Source of the DNA: Armatimonadota bacterium
GTDB taxonomy: Bacteria > Armatimonadota > SYMT01
Assembly: GCA_046292385.1 (NCBI GenBank)
Contig: JBKBRF010000014.1
Coordinates: forward strand, 31,955 to 95,954
Direction: 5' to 3'
DNA length: 64,000 nucleotides
Positions 49,264 through 58,679 of the stretch are shown piece by piece. Each line of letters begins with the position of its first letter. Position 1 is the first letter of the stretch. Made by a program: the position numbers and the translations under genes. A model generated the notes under the pieces. That model had not been told where the DNA came from and did no database searches. It saw only the letters and a list, made by a program, of their open reading frames with translations.

Positions 49264-51438
49264 CTATTGCTCCACGGTCAGGTCGTCGATCAGCAGCGCG
49301 CCTTTTGGTTTGCGGGTGTCGTCCGGCTCTACCACGTAGACGGCTTCCAGCGAGATCGGGCCGGGGAGGTCTTCCGAGAGGGGGACGCGGAGCTCGCGCC
49401 AGGTGTCTTTCCAGTCGACGTTCCGGGCGATATCGACCAGGTGGGACGCTCCCTTCGCGTCCCGCAGCCGCGCGCGGAGCCAGGTGCCGAGTCCGTCACC
49501 AAAGACCCAGAGCTTGAACGCCAGCGGCTGGCCCAGCGGACGGCTGGCGAGGGCGTAGACGGCGCGGGTACCGGTGCCGGTGGTGAGGTCGTATTCCAGC
49601 CGCAGCGCGCGGGAGCCGGAGCGGGCTTTGCCGGCGCTGATCTGCACGGAGCCCTGCGCGCCGCCCGCGGTCTGGACTTTCCAGGCGCCGTCGGTCTCGA
49701 AGTCGTCCAGCGCCTTCGCGGCGCCGACCGCCACTTCCACCATCGCCTCGCCGGCGACGCCGTTCACCAGTGCCCGGACCACGCCGCGCGCCGCCGCTTC
49801 GCCCGTCAGCAGCGTGCCGTCCGCGGCGAGCGTCCCGAGCTCCGGCGTGGCCTCCCACCGCACCTCGCCGGGCAGCGCCAGCGGCCGGCCGCGGGAGTCG
49901 ACGGCGCGGACCGTGAAGGTAGACTGCAGGCGGGTGCCGAGGCGGGTGCTGCCGGTGACGACCACCTGCGACGGCCGCGGGTAGACGCGCACCGGGATCT
50001 CGCCCGCGGCGGCGCCGGCTTCCACGCGGATCCGGCCTTCAAGATACTCCGCGCCGGCGGGCGGCGAGGCTTCGGCCGAAGCGACGAAGCGGCCGTCCCG
50101 CACCGTCCCGAGCGCAGGATCGACACTCCAGCGCGCCGCTTCGGCCGGGAGCGCCACCGGGTTGTAGTGCTGGTCCTCACCCGTGAGTGAAAGAGGCACT
50201 TCGGCACCGGCCAGCGCCGCCACTTCGCCCGGGGTGGTGATGATGCGCACCGCCTCGCCCTTCGGCGCGGTGCTGAAGACGAGCAGGCCGTTTGCGACGG
50301 GGCGCTCCCGGCCGTCCGACGGTCGGTTCAGGATGCTGCCGCGCATCCAGAGAGTGGTGGAGCCGCCGCCGTCCATGTTCAGCGCGTCGGTGCAGCCGAG
50401 ATCGACCATCGCCTGCGCCAGCTCGGGCAGGCTCATCCCGATGCTCTGTCCGGGCAGGCGCCCGTCCACCGTAAACAGGTAGAGCTTGCTGCCGTTGAAG
50501 CCGATGGCGGTGCGCGGATGGCGGGTGCGCGCAAAGGCGCCGTCGATGCTGCCGGCTTCCTTCTCGATCGAGACGCGGCCGTTGCGCACGAGGCGCGGCC
50601 CACCGCCGAGCAGCTGGTCTCCGGGGCCGACGGCAGGGTCGAAGTCGATCTTCAGCTCCAGCACGTCGTCCGGCTTCAGGCCGCGCAGCAGGAAGCCCGC
50701 CGGTCCGGAGCCGGAGAGCACCCAGCCGCCGGGCGCGATCGGCGCGTTCCCGGCACCGCTCTGGACCGCCCGCACCCGCGCCCGGTGGACTACTCCGTTT
50801 TGCAGCGGGAACTGCTCGGGCTCCAGGTAGACTTCCGTCCCCTCGGCAGAGGTACGTGTAGACGGCCCGAACCACGGGGTATAGATCACCAGCTGGTTTG
50901 CGCCGCGCGGGTGGTTCACGGAGGTGATCTCGCGCTCGATGCCGCTGGGGAGCGCCAGCTTGCCGGTGGCGCGGAAGATCTGGATCGACGGAGTCCCGCT
51001 CTGGGGGAGCACCAGGCAGGAGCGGTTGAACGGGGTCCGGATCACCTCGCCGTTTAGAATGGCGGCATTTGTGGGGATGCCCGGCTGCTGGGTGCTGGGG
51101 TAGTAGAAGAAGTCGCCGTTCACGCCGGCGATCGGGTAGCGGGTCTCCTGCGTCAGCCGCTCGGCCTGGCGGGAAAGCGGCTCCAGGCCGAGGGTGCCGC
51201 CGCGGCCGAGGGAGACCCCGAGCTGGATCAGCGGCTGGGTGGTGTCCACTTCCACCGCGTAACAGACGTTCGGACCCTCCGCGGAGGCGCGGGTCCACTG
51301 CAGGAGCCGCACCCCCGGCCCGATGAAGCGCTCCGAGCGCTCCTGGGCCGCGGCGCCGGCGCAGAGGGCGAGCACGGCGCATAGAATGAAGACGAGCGAG
51401 GTGCGGCGGCGGATCACAGAACCGGGCAAGGCGGGCAT
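49264..51438 (-). CDS. Secreted phosphodiester glycosidase family protein (DUF2233/NAGPA-like) with C-terminal beta-rich domains
   Basis: Signal peptide. ...DALNMDGGGSTTLW... is the hallmark phosphodiester glycosidase motif. 724 aa. Confidence 0.65.
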   Translation of the reverse strand: MPALPGSVIRRRTSLVFILCAVLALCAGAAAQERSERFIGPGVRLLQWTRASAEGPNVCYAVEVDTTQPLIQLGVSLGRGGTLGLEPLSRQAERLTQETRYPIAGVNGDFFYYPSTQQPGIPTNAAILNGEVIRTPFNRSCLVLPQSGTPSIQIFRATGKLALPSGIEREITSVNHPRGANQLVIYTPWFGPSTRTSAEGTEVYLEPEQFPLQNGVVHRARVRAVQSGAGNAPIAPGGWVLSGSGPAGFLLRGLKPDDVLELKIDFDPAVGPGDQLLGGGPRLVRNGRVSIEKEAGSIDGAFARTRHPRTAIGFNGSKLYLFTVDGRLPGQSIGMSLPELAQAMVDLGCTDALNMDGGGSTTLWMRGSILNRPSDGRERPVANGLLVFSTAPKGEAVRIITTPGEVAALAGAEVPLSLTGEDQHYNPVALPAEAARWSVDPALGTVRDGRFVASAEASPPAGAEYLEGRIRVEAGAAAGEIPVRVYPRPSQVVVTGSTRLGTRLQSTFTVRAVDSRGRPLALPGEVRWEATPELGTLAADGTLLTGEAAARGVVRALVNGVAGEAMVEVAVGAAKALDDFETDGAWKVQTAGGAQGSVQISAGKARSGSRALRLEYDLTTGTGTRAVYALASRPLGQPLAFKLWVFGDGLGTWLRARLRDAKGASHLVDIARNVDWKDTWRELRVPLSEDLPGPISLEAVYVVEPDDTRKPKGALLIDDLTVEQ

Positions 51439-51517
51439 GGCACTAATATCCGGCGGGCGGGTGTCGATTTGACGTGAACTGAGGCGCCGCCTATCATGTC
51501 GGCCGGGAGACTAGAGA

Positions 51518-53710
51518 ATGATCAGTCGGAGCGCCAAGCGGCGAATTAAGAAGATCCTGCTCTGGATGGAGGTGACGCTGATCCTCGTCCTGGGAGCCGG
51601 CATGGGCGTGGCGCTCGGCGTATTCTACCAGATGAATCGCCTCCTGCCGCCGGACGCCGCGCTGGACACCTACCGCGCGCCGGTGGGCACCAAGATCTAC
51701 TCTTCGGACGGCGTGCTGCTGGCCAAGCTGGCGGAAGAGAACCGCGAGCCGGTGCCGCTGGAGAAGATCCCGAAGACGATGCAGGACGCGATCGTCGCGA
51801 TCGAGGATGCCCGCTTCTACAGTCACAGCGGTCTCGACTACAAGGGTCTGGCACGCGCCCTCTGGACCAACGTGAGCGGCCGGGAGCTGGCGCAGGGCGC
51901 CAGCACCATCACCATGCAGCTCGCGCGGAACATGTTCTTCAGCCAGAAGAAGAAGATGTCCCGGAAGGTCAAAGAGATCCTGATGGCGGTCCAGATCGAG
52001 CGGAAGTGGACCAAGCGCCAGATCCTGGAAGCCTACCTGAACCAGGTTTACTTCGGAGCCGGCGCCTACGGCGTGCGCTCCGCGTCGCAGACCTACTTCC
52101 GCAAGAACCTCGACGACCTGACGCTGGAAGAAGCCGCACTCCTCGCCGGGCTGCCGCAGCGGCCCAGCGCGTTCAACCCGTTCCAGGTCCACGCCGAGGA
52201 GGGGAACTACAAGCGCACGAAGGCCCGGCGCGACGACGTGCTGGAGCGCATGGCGCAGCTCGGCTTCGTGACGCGCGAGCAGGCCGAAGAGGCGAAAGAG
52301 AAGCCGGTCAAGGTAGCCAAGAGCCGCCCGCAGACCGTCGGCTACTTCAAGGCGAAGTATTTCTGCCAGTACGTGGTGGACGAGCTGAAGGAGCGGTACG
52401 GCTACGACCAGGACCTGATCGAGAAGGCGGGCCTTAAAGTCGTCACCACGCTGAACTGGAAGATGCAGCAGGAAGCGGAGAAGGCGGCGAAGCAGGGGCT
52501 GGCCAAGTACAGCGGCTGGGGCAACGTCTCCGAAGTGGCGCTGATCTCGCTCGATCCCAACAGCGGCTACATCCGCGCGATGGTCGGCGGCGTGCAGGAG
52601 CCGTGGGACAAGTACCAGTTCAACTGCGCCACGCAGGCGAAGCGGCAGCCGGGCTCGTCGTTCAAGACGTTCGTCTACGCGGCGGCGCTGCAGGCGGGGA
52701 AGACCCCCTACTCCAGCGTAAACGGAAACGCCGCAATCCGGATGCCGGACGGCACGGTCTGGGCTCCGAAGAACCACGGCGGCGGTGGCGGCGGAATGAT
52801 GTCGTACCGCAGCGCCTTCCAGAGCTCCGTCAACGGGGCGGCGGCGAACGTCTGCTACGACGTGGGCCCGCGCAACGTGGCCAACCTGGCGATGCGCCTC
52901 GGCCTGGAAGGTCCGATCCCGGCGTACCCGTCGATCGCGCTCGGGACGATCGAGGCGACGCCGCTGGAGATGGCCACCGCCTACGCGCCGTTTGCCGCGC
53001 GCGGAAAGAAGGCGGAGCCGCTGGCGATCCTCCGGATCCAGAACCAGGACGGCGAGATCGTGGAGGACGTGCAGCCGAAGGTGAAGGACTCCGGTCTGAC
53101 CCCGCAGACGGTAGAGGGAATGGGCGAGCTGACCCGCGCCGTGGTAACGAGCGGGACCGGACGGGGCGCCAGCCGCGTGCCGAACGCCCACGGCAAGACC
53201 GGCACTACCGAGAAGAACACCGACGCCTGGTTCGTGGGCTACGTTCCCGGCGAGCTGGTGACGGCGGTCTGGGCGGGAAACCGGAACAACCGGCCGATGT
53301 CGCACAGCCTCTACGGCGGCACGATCTGCGCGCCGATCTGGGCGGACTACATGGAAGACGCCGTGAAGCTCAACCCGGCCAACAAGAAGAGACCGAAGGT
53401 GGAGACGCTGGCGAAGGAGGCGCGTCCGCGGCGGGCTCGCCCCCGGCCGGCGCCGGCGGCGCCTTCCGCGGACGAGAACGACCGCAACCGCGTGAGCGCT
53501 ACGGTCTGCTCCGTGAGCGGGCTCCTGGCCCGGGACGGCTGCGAGAGCACGGAGCGGCTGGAGTTCCGGCTGGGACAGCAGCCGCTGACCCGCTGCACCC
53601 TCCACACCGGCGAGAAGCCGAAGCAGGACGCCAAGAAAGAGGAGTCGCAGAAAGCAGACGCCCCGGACGCCGGGACGCTCGCCCCCGCAGCCGCCGGCAC
53701 GAGCGACTGA
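51518..53710 (+). CDS. Class A penicillin-binding protein (PBP1A-type bifunctional transglycosylase/transpeptidase)
   Basis: GT51 motifs (EDARFYSHSG, TITMQLARN). Transpeptidase SSFK and KTGT motifs. N-terminal TM anchor. 730 aa. Confidence 0.9.
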   Translation: MISRSAKRRIKKILLWMEVTLILVLGAGMGVALGVFYQMNRLLPPDAALDTYRAPVGTKIYSSDGVLLAKLAEENREPVPLEKIPKTMQDAIVAIEDARFYSHSGLDYKGLARALWTNVSGRELAQGASTITMQLARNMFFSQKKKMSRKVKEILMAVQIERKWTKRQILEAYLNQVYFGAGAYGVRSASQTYFRKNLDDLTLEEAALLAGLPQRPSAFNPFQVHAEEGNYKRTKARRDDVLERMAQLGFVTREQAEEAKEKPVKVAKSRPQTVGYFKAKYFCQYVVDELKERYGYDQDLIEKAGLKVVTTLNWKMQQEAEKAAKQGLAKYSGWGNVSEVALISLDPNSGYIRAMVGGVQEPWDKYQFNCATQAKRQPGSSFKTFVYAAALQAGKTPYSSVNGNAAIRMPDGTVWAPKNHGGGGGGMMSYRSAFQSSVNGAAANVCYDVGPRNVANLAMRLGLEGPIPAYPSIALGTIEATPLEMATAYAPFAARGKKAEPLAILRIQNQDGEIVEDVQPKVKDSGLTPQTVEGMGELTRAVVTSGTGRGASRVPNAHGKTGTTEKNTDAWFVGYVPGELVTAVWAGNRNNRPMSHSLYGGTICAPIWADYMEDAVKLNPANKKRPKVETLAKEARPRRARPRPAPAAPSADENDRNRVSATVCSVSGLLARDGCESTERLEFRLGQQPLTRCTLHTGEKPKQDAKKEESQKADAPDAGTLAPAAAGTSD

Positions 53711-53804
53711 CGCCCCCTCGCGCCCCTGACATGGGAAAGACCGGGATGGCAGCTACTCGCCATCCCGGTCTGCTTTTGTCCGGCCCCGAAAACGCGCGGC
53801 TCGC

Positions 53805-54377
53805 TCAGCGCGGCTCCGGCAAGGTAAAGAGCGCGCCTACCCGGCAGCGGAGGTCCGGGATCAGCTCCGGCGCGGTCAGCTCGTCTTCGTCGCCGAGCCG
53901 CTCCACCGTCCCGTCCGCGCGATAGACGTGAACTGCCCTCAGCTCGGGGTTTACCCGCCAGACCAGCGGAACGCCGGCGCGGAGGTACTCCTCGACCTTG
54001 AGGTCGATCTCGTACGCCGTGTCGTTGGGGGAGAGCACCTCTACCGCCAGATCGGGGGCGATCCTGACGTGCCCCCGCGGGATGCGCTCCTCCGGAAGGC
54101 GCCCGCGGCGGATAAAGGAGACGTCCGGCCTCCGCACCTTCCGCGGATGGTTCCGGAAGCACTGGTAGCTCGCTCCCGACTCGAGCGCCCAGCCAAGCCC
54201 CTGATCCTGTCCCAGCGTTGCCAGAAGCTGCAGGATCCGTGCGGCAACCCAGCTCGCGAAGCTCCCCGTGCCCTTCTTCACCAACCGCCCCTTCACGAGC
54301 TTGAATCCCTTTCCGCCGCCTGCCAGCTTCAGCAAGGATTCCGGCGTGTGGGTTGGCTCCGGCACGGCTGCGCTCAT
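53805..54377 (-). CDS. Uma2-family (DUF820) putative endonuclease
   Basis: ...IAPDLAVEVLSPND...VWRVNP... is the typical Uma2 PD-(D/E)xK-like core. 190 aa. Confidence 0.7.
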   Translation of the reverse strand: MSAAVPEPTHTPESLLKLAGGGKGFKLVKGRLVKKGTGSFASWVAARILQLLATLGQDQGLGWALESGASYQCFRNHPRKVRRPDVSFIRRGRLPEERIPRGHVRIAPDLAVEVLSPNDTAYEIDLKVEEYLRAGVPLVWRVNPELRAVHVYRADGTVERLGDEDELTAPELIPDLRCRVGALFTLPEPR

Positions 54378-54467
54378 GGCACTTCTCCCAAAGCAGCGGA
54401 CGGCATGGTCCTATCTCACAATACGGGAACACCCGTTCCCGGCTCGGTGGCGGAGAACTGGGGCGGC

Positions 54468-55718
54468 TTAGAACCGGTCCAGCTCGGAGATGAACGGCTC
54501 GCCGGCGGGGAAGAGCTGGTCCGCAAGCTCCAGCGCGCCCTCGCCGGAGACGCGCGCCAGCTCCTGGGAGACGGCCTCCGAAGGGGAGAGGTAGCCGCAG
54601 GCGAGCTGGGAGAAGACCTGGATGCTGCTCTCCAGGTACGGCTCGGCGGGGGCGTCGGGGCGGAGGTGGACGCGTGCGCCGTCGTGGGAGACGGTGACCG
54701 GCTCGGAGTTCTCCGGCAGCGCGTCATCGGAGATTCGAAAGCAGAGCGCGCCCGGCATCGCTCCGGCGGTCTCCGCGGCGAGCCGCAGCATGCCGGGGAG
54801 ATCGACTACCCGGAACTGGAACATCGGCCGGGTGGTGACGATGCTCCGCGGCTTGAAGCCCTCCCGCAGGGGGGCCGTGGAGTGCAGGAGGCCGCTGGCG
54901 CAAAGCGAGACCGAGTCGGCGTGCCACTCGATCGACTCGCCGCCGAACTCGGAGAGGGAGCCGATCAGCGCGCGCCAGGCCCTCGGAGAGGCGGCGTCCA
55001 TCTCCAGCACTCGCAGCACGCGACCGCCGTAGTTGTCGCGCGCTTCGGTGGAGATCAGGTAGCCATCGATCCGATTCTCGCCGACGCAGCGCGTGGTGAG
55101 GACGGGATCGCCGCAGACCCGTTGCCAGCGCGGCTCCGGCCGGGCGAGGGCGCAGGTGGCGCGCTCCAGCCGCTCCGTATAGAACCGCGTGAGCCGCGGG
55201 ACGTCCTCCGGCTGGGCCAACCGAACCGTCCGGCGCTCGGAGAACGCCGGCAGGCAGTTGGGGCGGCTCCAGAAGTGGCAGTGATTGCCGCCCAGCTCGT
55301 AGCCGAACTTACGGTAGTAGCGGAACGAGAACGGGAAGAGGACGGAAGCGGGCACCCCCTGCGCGCGCAGGTGACGGAGGCTGTCCCGGATCAGCGCGCT
55401 GGCGTAGCCCTGGTTCTGCTGCTCCGGATCGGTCGCCACGTGCCGGATGCCGCCCAACGGCACCGCCGCCCCCCGGATTCGGAGCTCCGCCCGCAGCAGG
55501 GTGAGGCAGGAGACCACGCGGTCCCCGAGGGCGACCACCCGGAGCTCGTCGGAGCTGCCGGGATGGGCCGGCGGGGCCTCGCCTTCCAGGTTGAAGGCTG
55601 CGCGCTGAAGCCGCCAGGCCGCCGCCCGCTCCTGGGAGTCGGCGCCGCGAACCTCCGGCAGGCGGTGCCGGACGGGCTGGGGAGGAAGCTGTAGATGGGG
55701 TGCCGCTGTACTTGCCAC
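54468..55718 (-). CDS. Eis-like GNAT N-acetyltransferase (GNAT + second GNAT-like + SCP2-like C-terminus)
   Basis: GTG 55718 with GGAGAA SD. ...LGGIRHVATDPEQQNQGYASALI...FPFSFRYYRKFGYE resembles the Eis family. 416 aa. Confidence 0.65.
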   Translation of the reverse strand: MASTAAPHLQLPPQPVRHRLPEVRGADSQERAAAWRLQRAAFNLEGEAPPAHPGSSDELRVVALGDRVVSCLTLLRAELRIRGAAVPLGGIRHVATDPEQQNQGYASALIRDSLRHLRAQGVPASVLFPFSFRYYRKFGYELGGNHCHFWSRPNCLPAFSERRTVRLAQPEDVPRLTRFYTERLERATCALARPEPRWQRVCGDPVLTTRCVGENRIDGYLISTEARDNYGGRVLRVLEMDAASPRAWRALIGSLSEFGGESIEWHADSVSLCASGLLHSTAPLREGFKPRSIVTTRPMFQFRVVDLPGMLRLAAETAGAMPGALCFRISDDALPENSEPVTVSHDGARVHLRPDAPAEPYLESSIQVFSQLACGYLSPSEAVSQELARVSGEGALELADQLFPAGEPFISELDRF

Positions 55719-56060
55719 GACATTCTCCGGGCAGCCGACGTCCGTAATGATACCCCCGCAATCCGCCCGACTGCCAGATTCGGGATCGAGCGCCGAATCG
55801 AGCCGCGGGTCCCCGGCGCCGCGTCGCGCGCTCGTCCATAGGCGCTGCCGATACCCGGTATGAGAACTTCGATGAAACAGCTCTGCGGGTGTGTACGTCT
55901 GAGGAGCCGGAGCGATTCTCCGTGACAGGCGGGCCTCCAGCCAAAATCGCTGACAGCCTGCCACCCTGGCCCGTAATCTATATTCGGGAGTGCGGACATG
56001 TCCGCACCCGCGGTTTCTCACCCCGGCCCAGGCCGAACCCCGGAAGGAGGTGATACGCAG

Positions 56061-56597
56061 ATGAAGAAGCTAGCCCTCATCCTCGCAGCGCTCGGGATGG
56101 CCGTCTCCGCCTTTGCGGCGAACGTCGAGTCCGGACTGAAGCCCGGCGAGCGATTGTCGCCATTTGACGTGGTGGACATCTCCGGCCCCGACAAGGGAAA
56201 GCAGCTCTGCATCGTTTGAAAGAACGGTGGATCGCCGAACGTCGTTGCCTTTGTCAAGGACGAACCGGCGAAGGCTGCCAGTTTGGCAGCCCAGATCGAA
56301 AAGCTTGTTGAGACGCACAAGGGAGACAACCTCCGCGGCTGGGTGGTGTACATGGGCGGTGCGGAGTCGAAGCCCGCGCTCGAGAAGGCAGTCGCCGACA
56401 AGAACGTGAAGCTCGCCGTCACCTTCCTGCCCGAGGGACCGAAGCAGGCCAGCCTGGCCCGCTACAAGGTCAACCCGGAAGCGAAGAACACCGTGCTGCT
56501 CTACAATCGCCAGCAGGTGCAGGGGAACTTCGTGAACGTCGACGAGAAGTCGTTCGACCAGGTCGCGAAGAAGGCGGCTGAGATGCTCGGCAAGTAA
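56061..56597 (+). CDS. Candidate secreted selenoprotein with CxxU motif (in-frame TGA at 56217-56219); otherwise a 52-aa signal-peptide ORF plus a separate 104-aa ORF
   Basis: Strong SD (GGAGGTGA) 8 nt before ATG 56061. Signal peptide MKKLALILAALGMAVSAFA. Read-through gives ...DKGKQLCIV-U-KNGGSPNVVAFVKDE.... The downstream 104-aa ORF is in-frame and has no SD or good start of its own (TTG). Confidence 0.5.
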
Positions 56598-56713
56598 GCC
56601 CGGCGTCGCAGCGCGGTATCCCGCCAGACGTGGCGGCCCACCCACTCGGGTGGGCCGTCGTGTTGTACCGTCCCGGGAGGTGCCCGGCGGCGGGAAGCCG
56701 AAACTGGTGGCGC

Positions 56714-57703
56714 ATGAGCGCCGCAACCCCTTCCGTGGACAAACCCGGCTTGAAGCTCCGATTCCGCCGCGAGCACGGCCTGCTGCTGCTGTTCCTGGTA
56801 GTCTTCCTCGGCCTGGCACTCAGCGTGCCCCAGTTCGCCGGGCGGGACAACCTCCTGCTGGTGCTGCGCTTCCACGCGCCGATGGCCGTGCTGGCGACCG
56901 GCATGACGCTGGTGATCCTGACCGGCGGCATCGACCTCTCGATCGGCTCGATCGTGGCGCTCTCCGCGGTAGTGCTCGGCCTCGTCTGGAAAGGCACCGG
57001 CTCCGGTCCGCTCGCGCTCGCCGCCGCCGCCGGTACCGGCGCGCTCTGCGGCTTCATCAACGGCGCGCTCGTCTCCTGGGGCCGCGTGCCACCGCTCATC
57101 GTGACGCTCGCCACGCTCTCCGTCTTCCGCGGCGCGGCGTACGCCGTCGGCGGCAGCGACACCTTCAACGGCTTCCCCGCGTGGATGCTCTCGAAGAACT
57201 GGTACCAGTTCCTCTCGCTGCCTCCCGATCTCTGGCTGATCGCGCTGCTCTTCCTCGGCACCGGCCTCTACCTGGCGAAGACGAGCGGCGGTCGCGCCAT
57301 CTACGCCGTGGGGCACAACGAGCAGGCCGCGCGCCTCTCCGGAGTCCCCGTCCGGCTCCTCAAGCTGCGCCTCTACACCGTGATGGGCCTCCTGGCCGGC
57401 CTCGCCGCGATTCTCTACGCCGGTTACTTCGAGAGCGTGCGCGCCAACGTCGGCGGCGGCTACGAGCTGATCGCGATCACCATGGTGGTGCTCGGCGGCA
57501 CCAGCGTCTCCGGCGGCGAGGGGAGCATGGCCGGCACCGCCCTCGGCTTCCTCACCCTGATCCTGATCCAGAACGGCATGGAACTGGGCGGCCACCGCTG
57601 GAATCTCCCCACCGAGGCGCACGGAGTCGTCGTGGCGATCCTCCTCATTTCCGCTCTCCTGCTCGACGCCGGCTTCCGCCGGCGGGCACTCTCCAGGGTG
57701 TAG
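56714..57703 (+). CDS. ABC transporter permease, ribose/xylose (RbsC/AraH) family - orphan
   Basis: ATG 56714. LTGGIDLSIGS... motif and ~9-10 TM helices. No SBP or ATPase is adjacent. Confidence 0.75.
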   Translation: MSAATPSVDKPGLKLRFRREHGLLLLFLVVFLGLALSVPQFAGRDNLLLVLRFHAPMAVLATGMTLVILTGGIDLSIGSIVALSAVVLGLVWKGTGSGPLALAAAAGTGALCGFINGALVSWGRVPPLIVTLATLSVFRGAAYAVGGSDTFNGFPAWMLSKNWYQFLSLPPDLWLIALLFLGTGLYLAKTSGGRAIYAVGHNEQAARLSGVPVRLLKLRLYTVMGLLAGLAAILYAGYFESVRANVGGGYELIAITMVVLGGTSVSGGEGSMAGTALGFLTLILIQNGMELGGHRWNLPTEAHGVVVAILLISALLLDAGFRRRALSRV

Positions 57704-57925
57704 CGTGTAGGGGGTAGGGTGTAGGCCTGTGGGGACGGCGGTTGCCGTGCGGTAGGGGGCTCGCCAGGAGTTGACCTCTCACGGACCCAACCCGCAGAGC
57801 TCACTCCACCCGGTTCGGCTCCTCCTCCGGTGCCCAGCTAGAGCAGGAGCAACCGTGCTCGAATGGCGCACCTGCCTCCGGAAGATCTACACGCTACACC
57901 CTACACGCTACACCCTCGTATACTT
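57703..57925. repeat. Inverted pair of G-rich TAGGGTGTAGG elements (arms 57703-57735 and 57887-57925) enclosing ~150 nt
   Basis: gtgtagcgtgtagggggtagggtgtagg on the plus strand and ctacacgctacaccctacacgctacaccc (its reverse complement) 150 nt later. Lies between the permease stop and tpx. Confidence 0.75.
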
Positions 57926-58074
57926 CACACGGTCCGGCGCGCCCCTGGTTCCCCGCTCGTGGGGAGACGACTGCCACGCGGCCGGAAACCATGCTGCCGC
58001 CTCGCCCCGGCGGCTTGCTACACTCACGCTACGAGGAGCTTTCGATGGTTGAACGACGCGAAGGCGAGGTTACC

Positions 58075-58563
58075 ATGAAGGGTAACCCGATCACCCTGCT
58101 CGGCCCGCGGATCGAGGCGAATGAGGACGCGCCGGAGTTTACCGCGCTGAAGAACCTGGTCACCCCGGTCAAGCTCTCCGACTCCAACGGTAAGGTCCGC
58201 GTCCTCCTTTCCGTGCCGTCGCTCGATACCCCCGTCTGCTCCCTGGAGACGAAGCGCTTCAACCAGGAAGCCGAGGGCCTGGGCGGCGACGTGGAGATCC
58301 AGGTGGTGAGCATCGACACGCCGTTCGCGCAGAGCCGCTGGTGCGGCGCCGAAGGCGTGAGCAACGTGGTGACCCTCTCCGACTTCCGCGACCGCGACTT
58401 CGGCAAGAAGTACGGCGTGGAGATCGAGGGTCTCGGCATCTACGCCCGCGCGGCGTTCGTGGTCGACCGCCAGGGCGTGGTCGTCTACAGCGAGTACGTG
58501 CCGGAAGTAGCCCAGGAGCCGAACTACAGCGCCATCCTGGACGCCGCCAAGGCCGCTATCTAA
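58075..58563 (+). CDS. tpx: Thiol peroxidase Tpx (atypical 2-Cys peroxiredoxin)
   Basis: ...LLSVPSLDTPVCSLETKRFN... is the Tpx peroxidatic Cys motif, with the resolving Cys in ...RWCGAEG. 162 aa. An alternative start is ATG 58045. Confidence 0.85.
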   Translation: MKGNPITLLGPRIEANEDAPEFTALKNLVTPVKLSDSNGKVRVLLSVPSLDTPVCSLETKRFNQEAEGLGGDVEIQVVSIDTPFAQSRWCGAEGVSNVVTLSDFRDRDFGKKYGVEIEGLGIYARAAFVVDRQGVVVYSEYVPEVAQEPNYSAILDAAKAAI

Positions 58564-58679
58564 GCGCTTCCGTTCTGGACGCGAAGACGCGAAGTTCTGA
58601 AAGCACGCGAAGAGGGCCGTGACTCGCCGTGAGTTACGGCCCTTTGCGTGTACAGAGAGGAGGAGGCGGCCTCCCAGCC

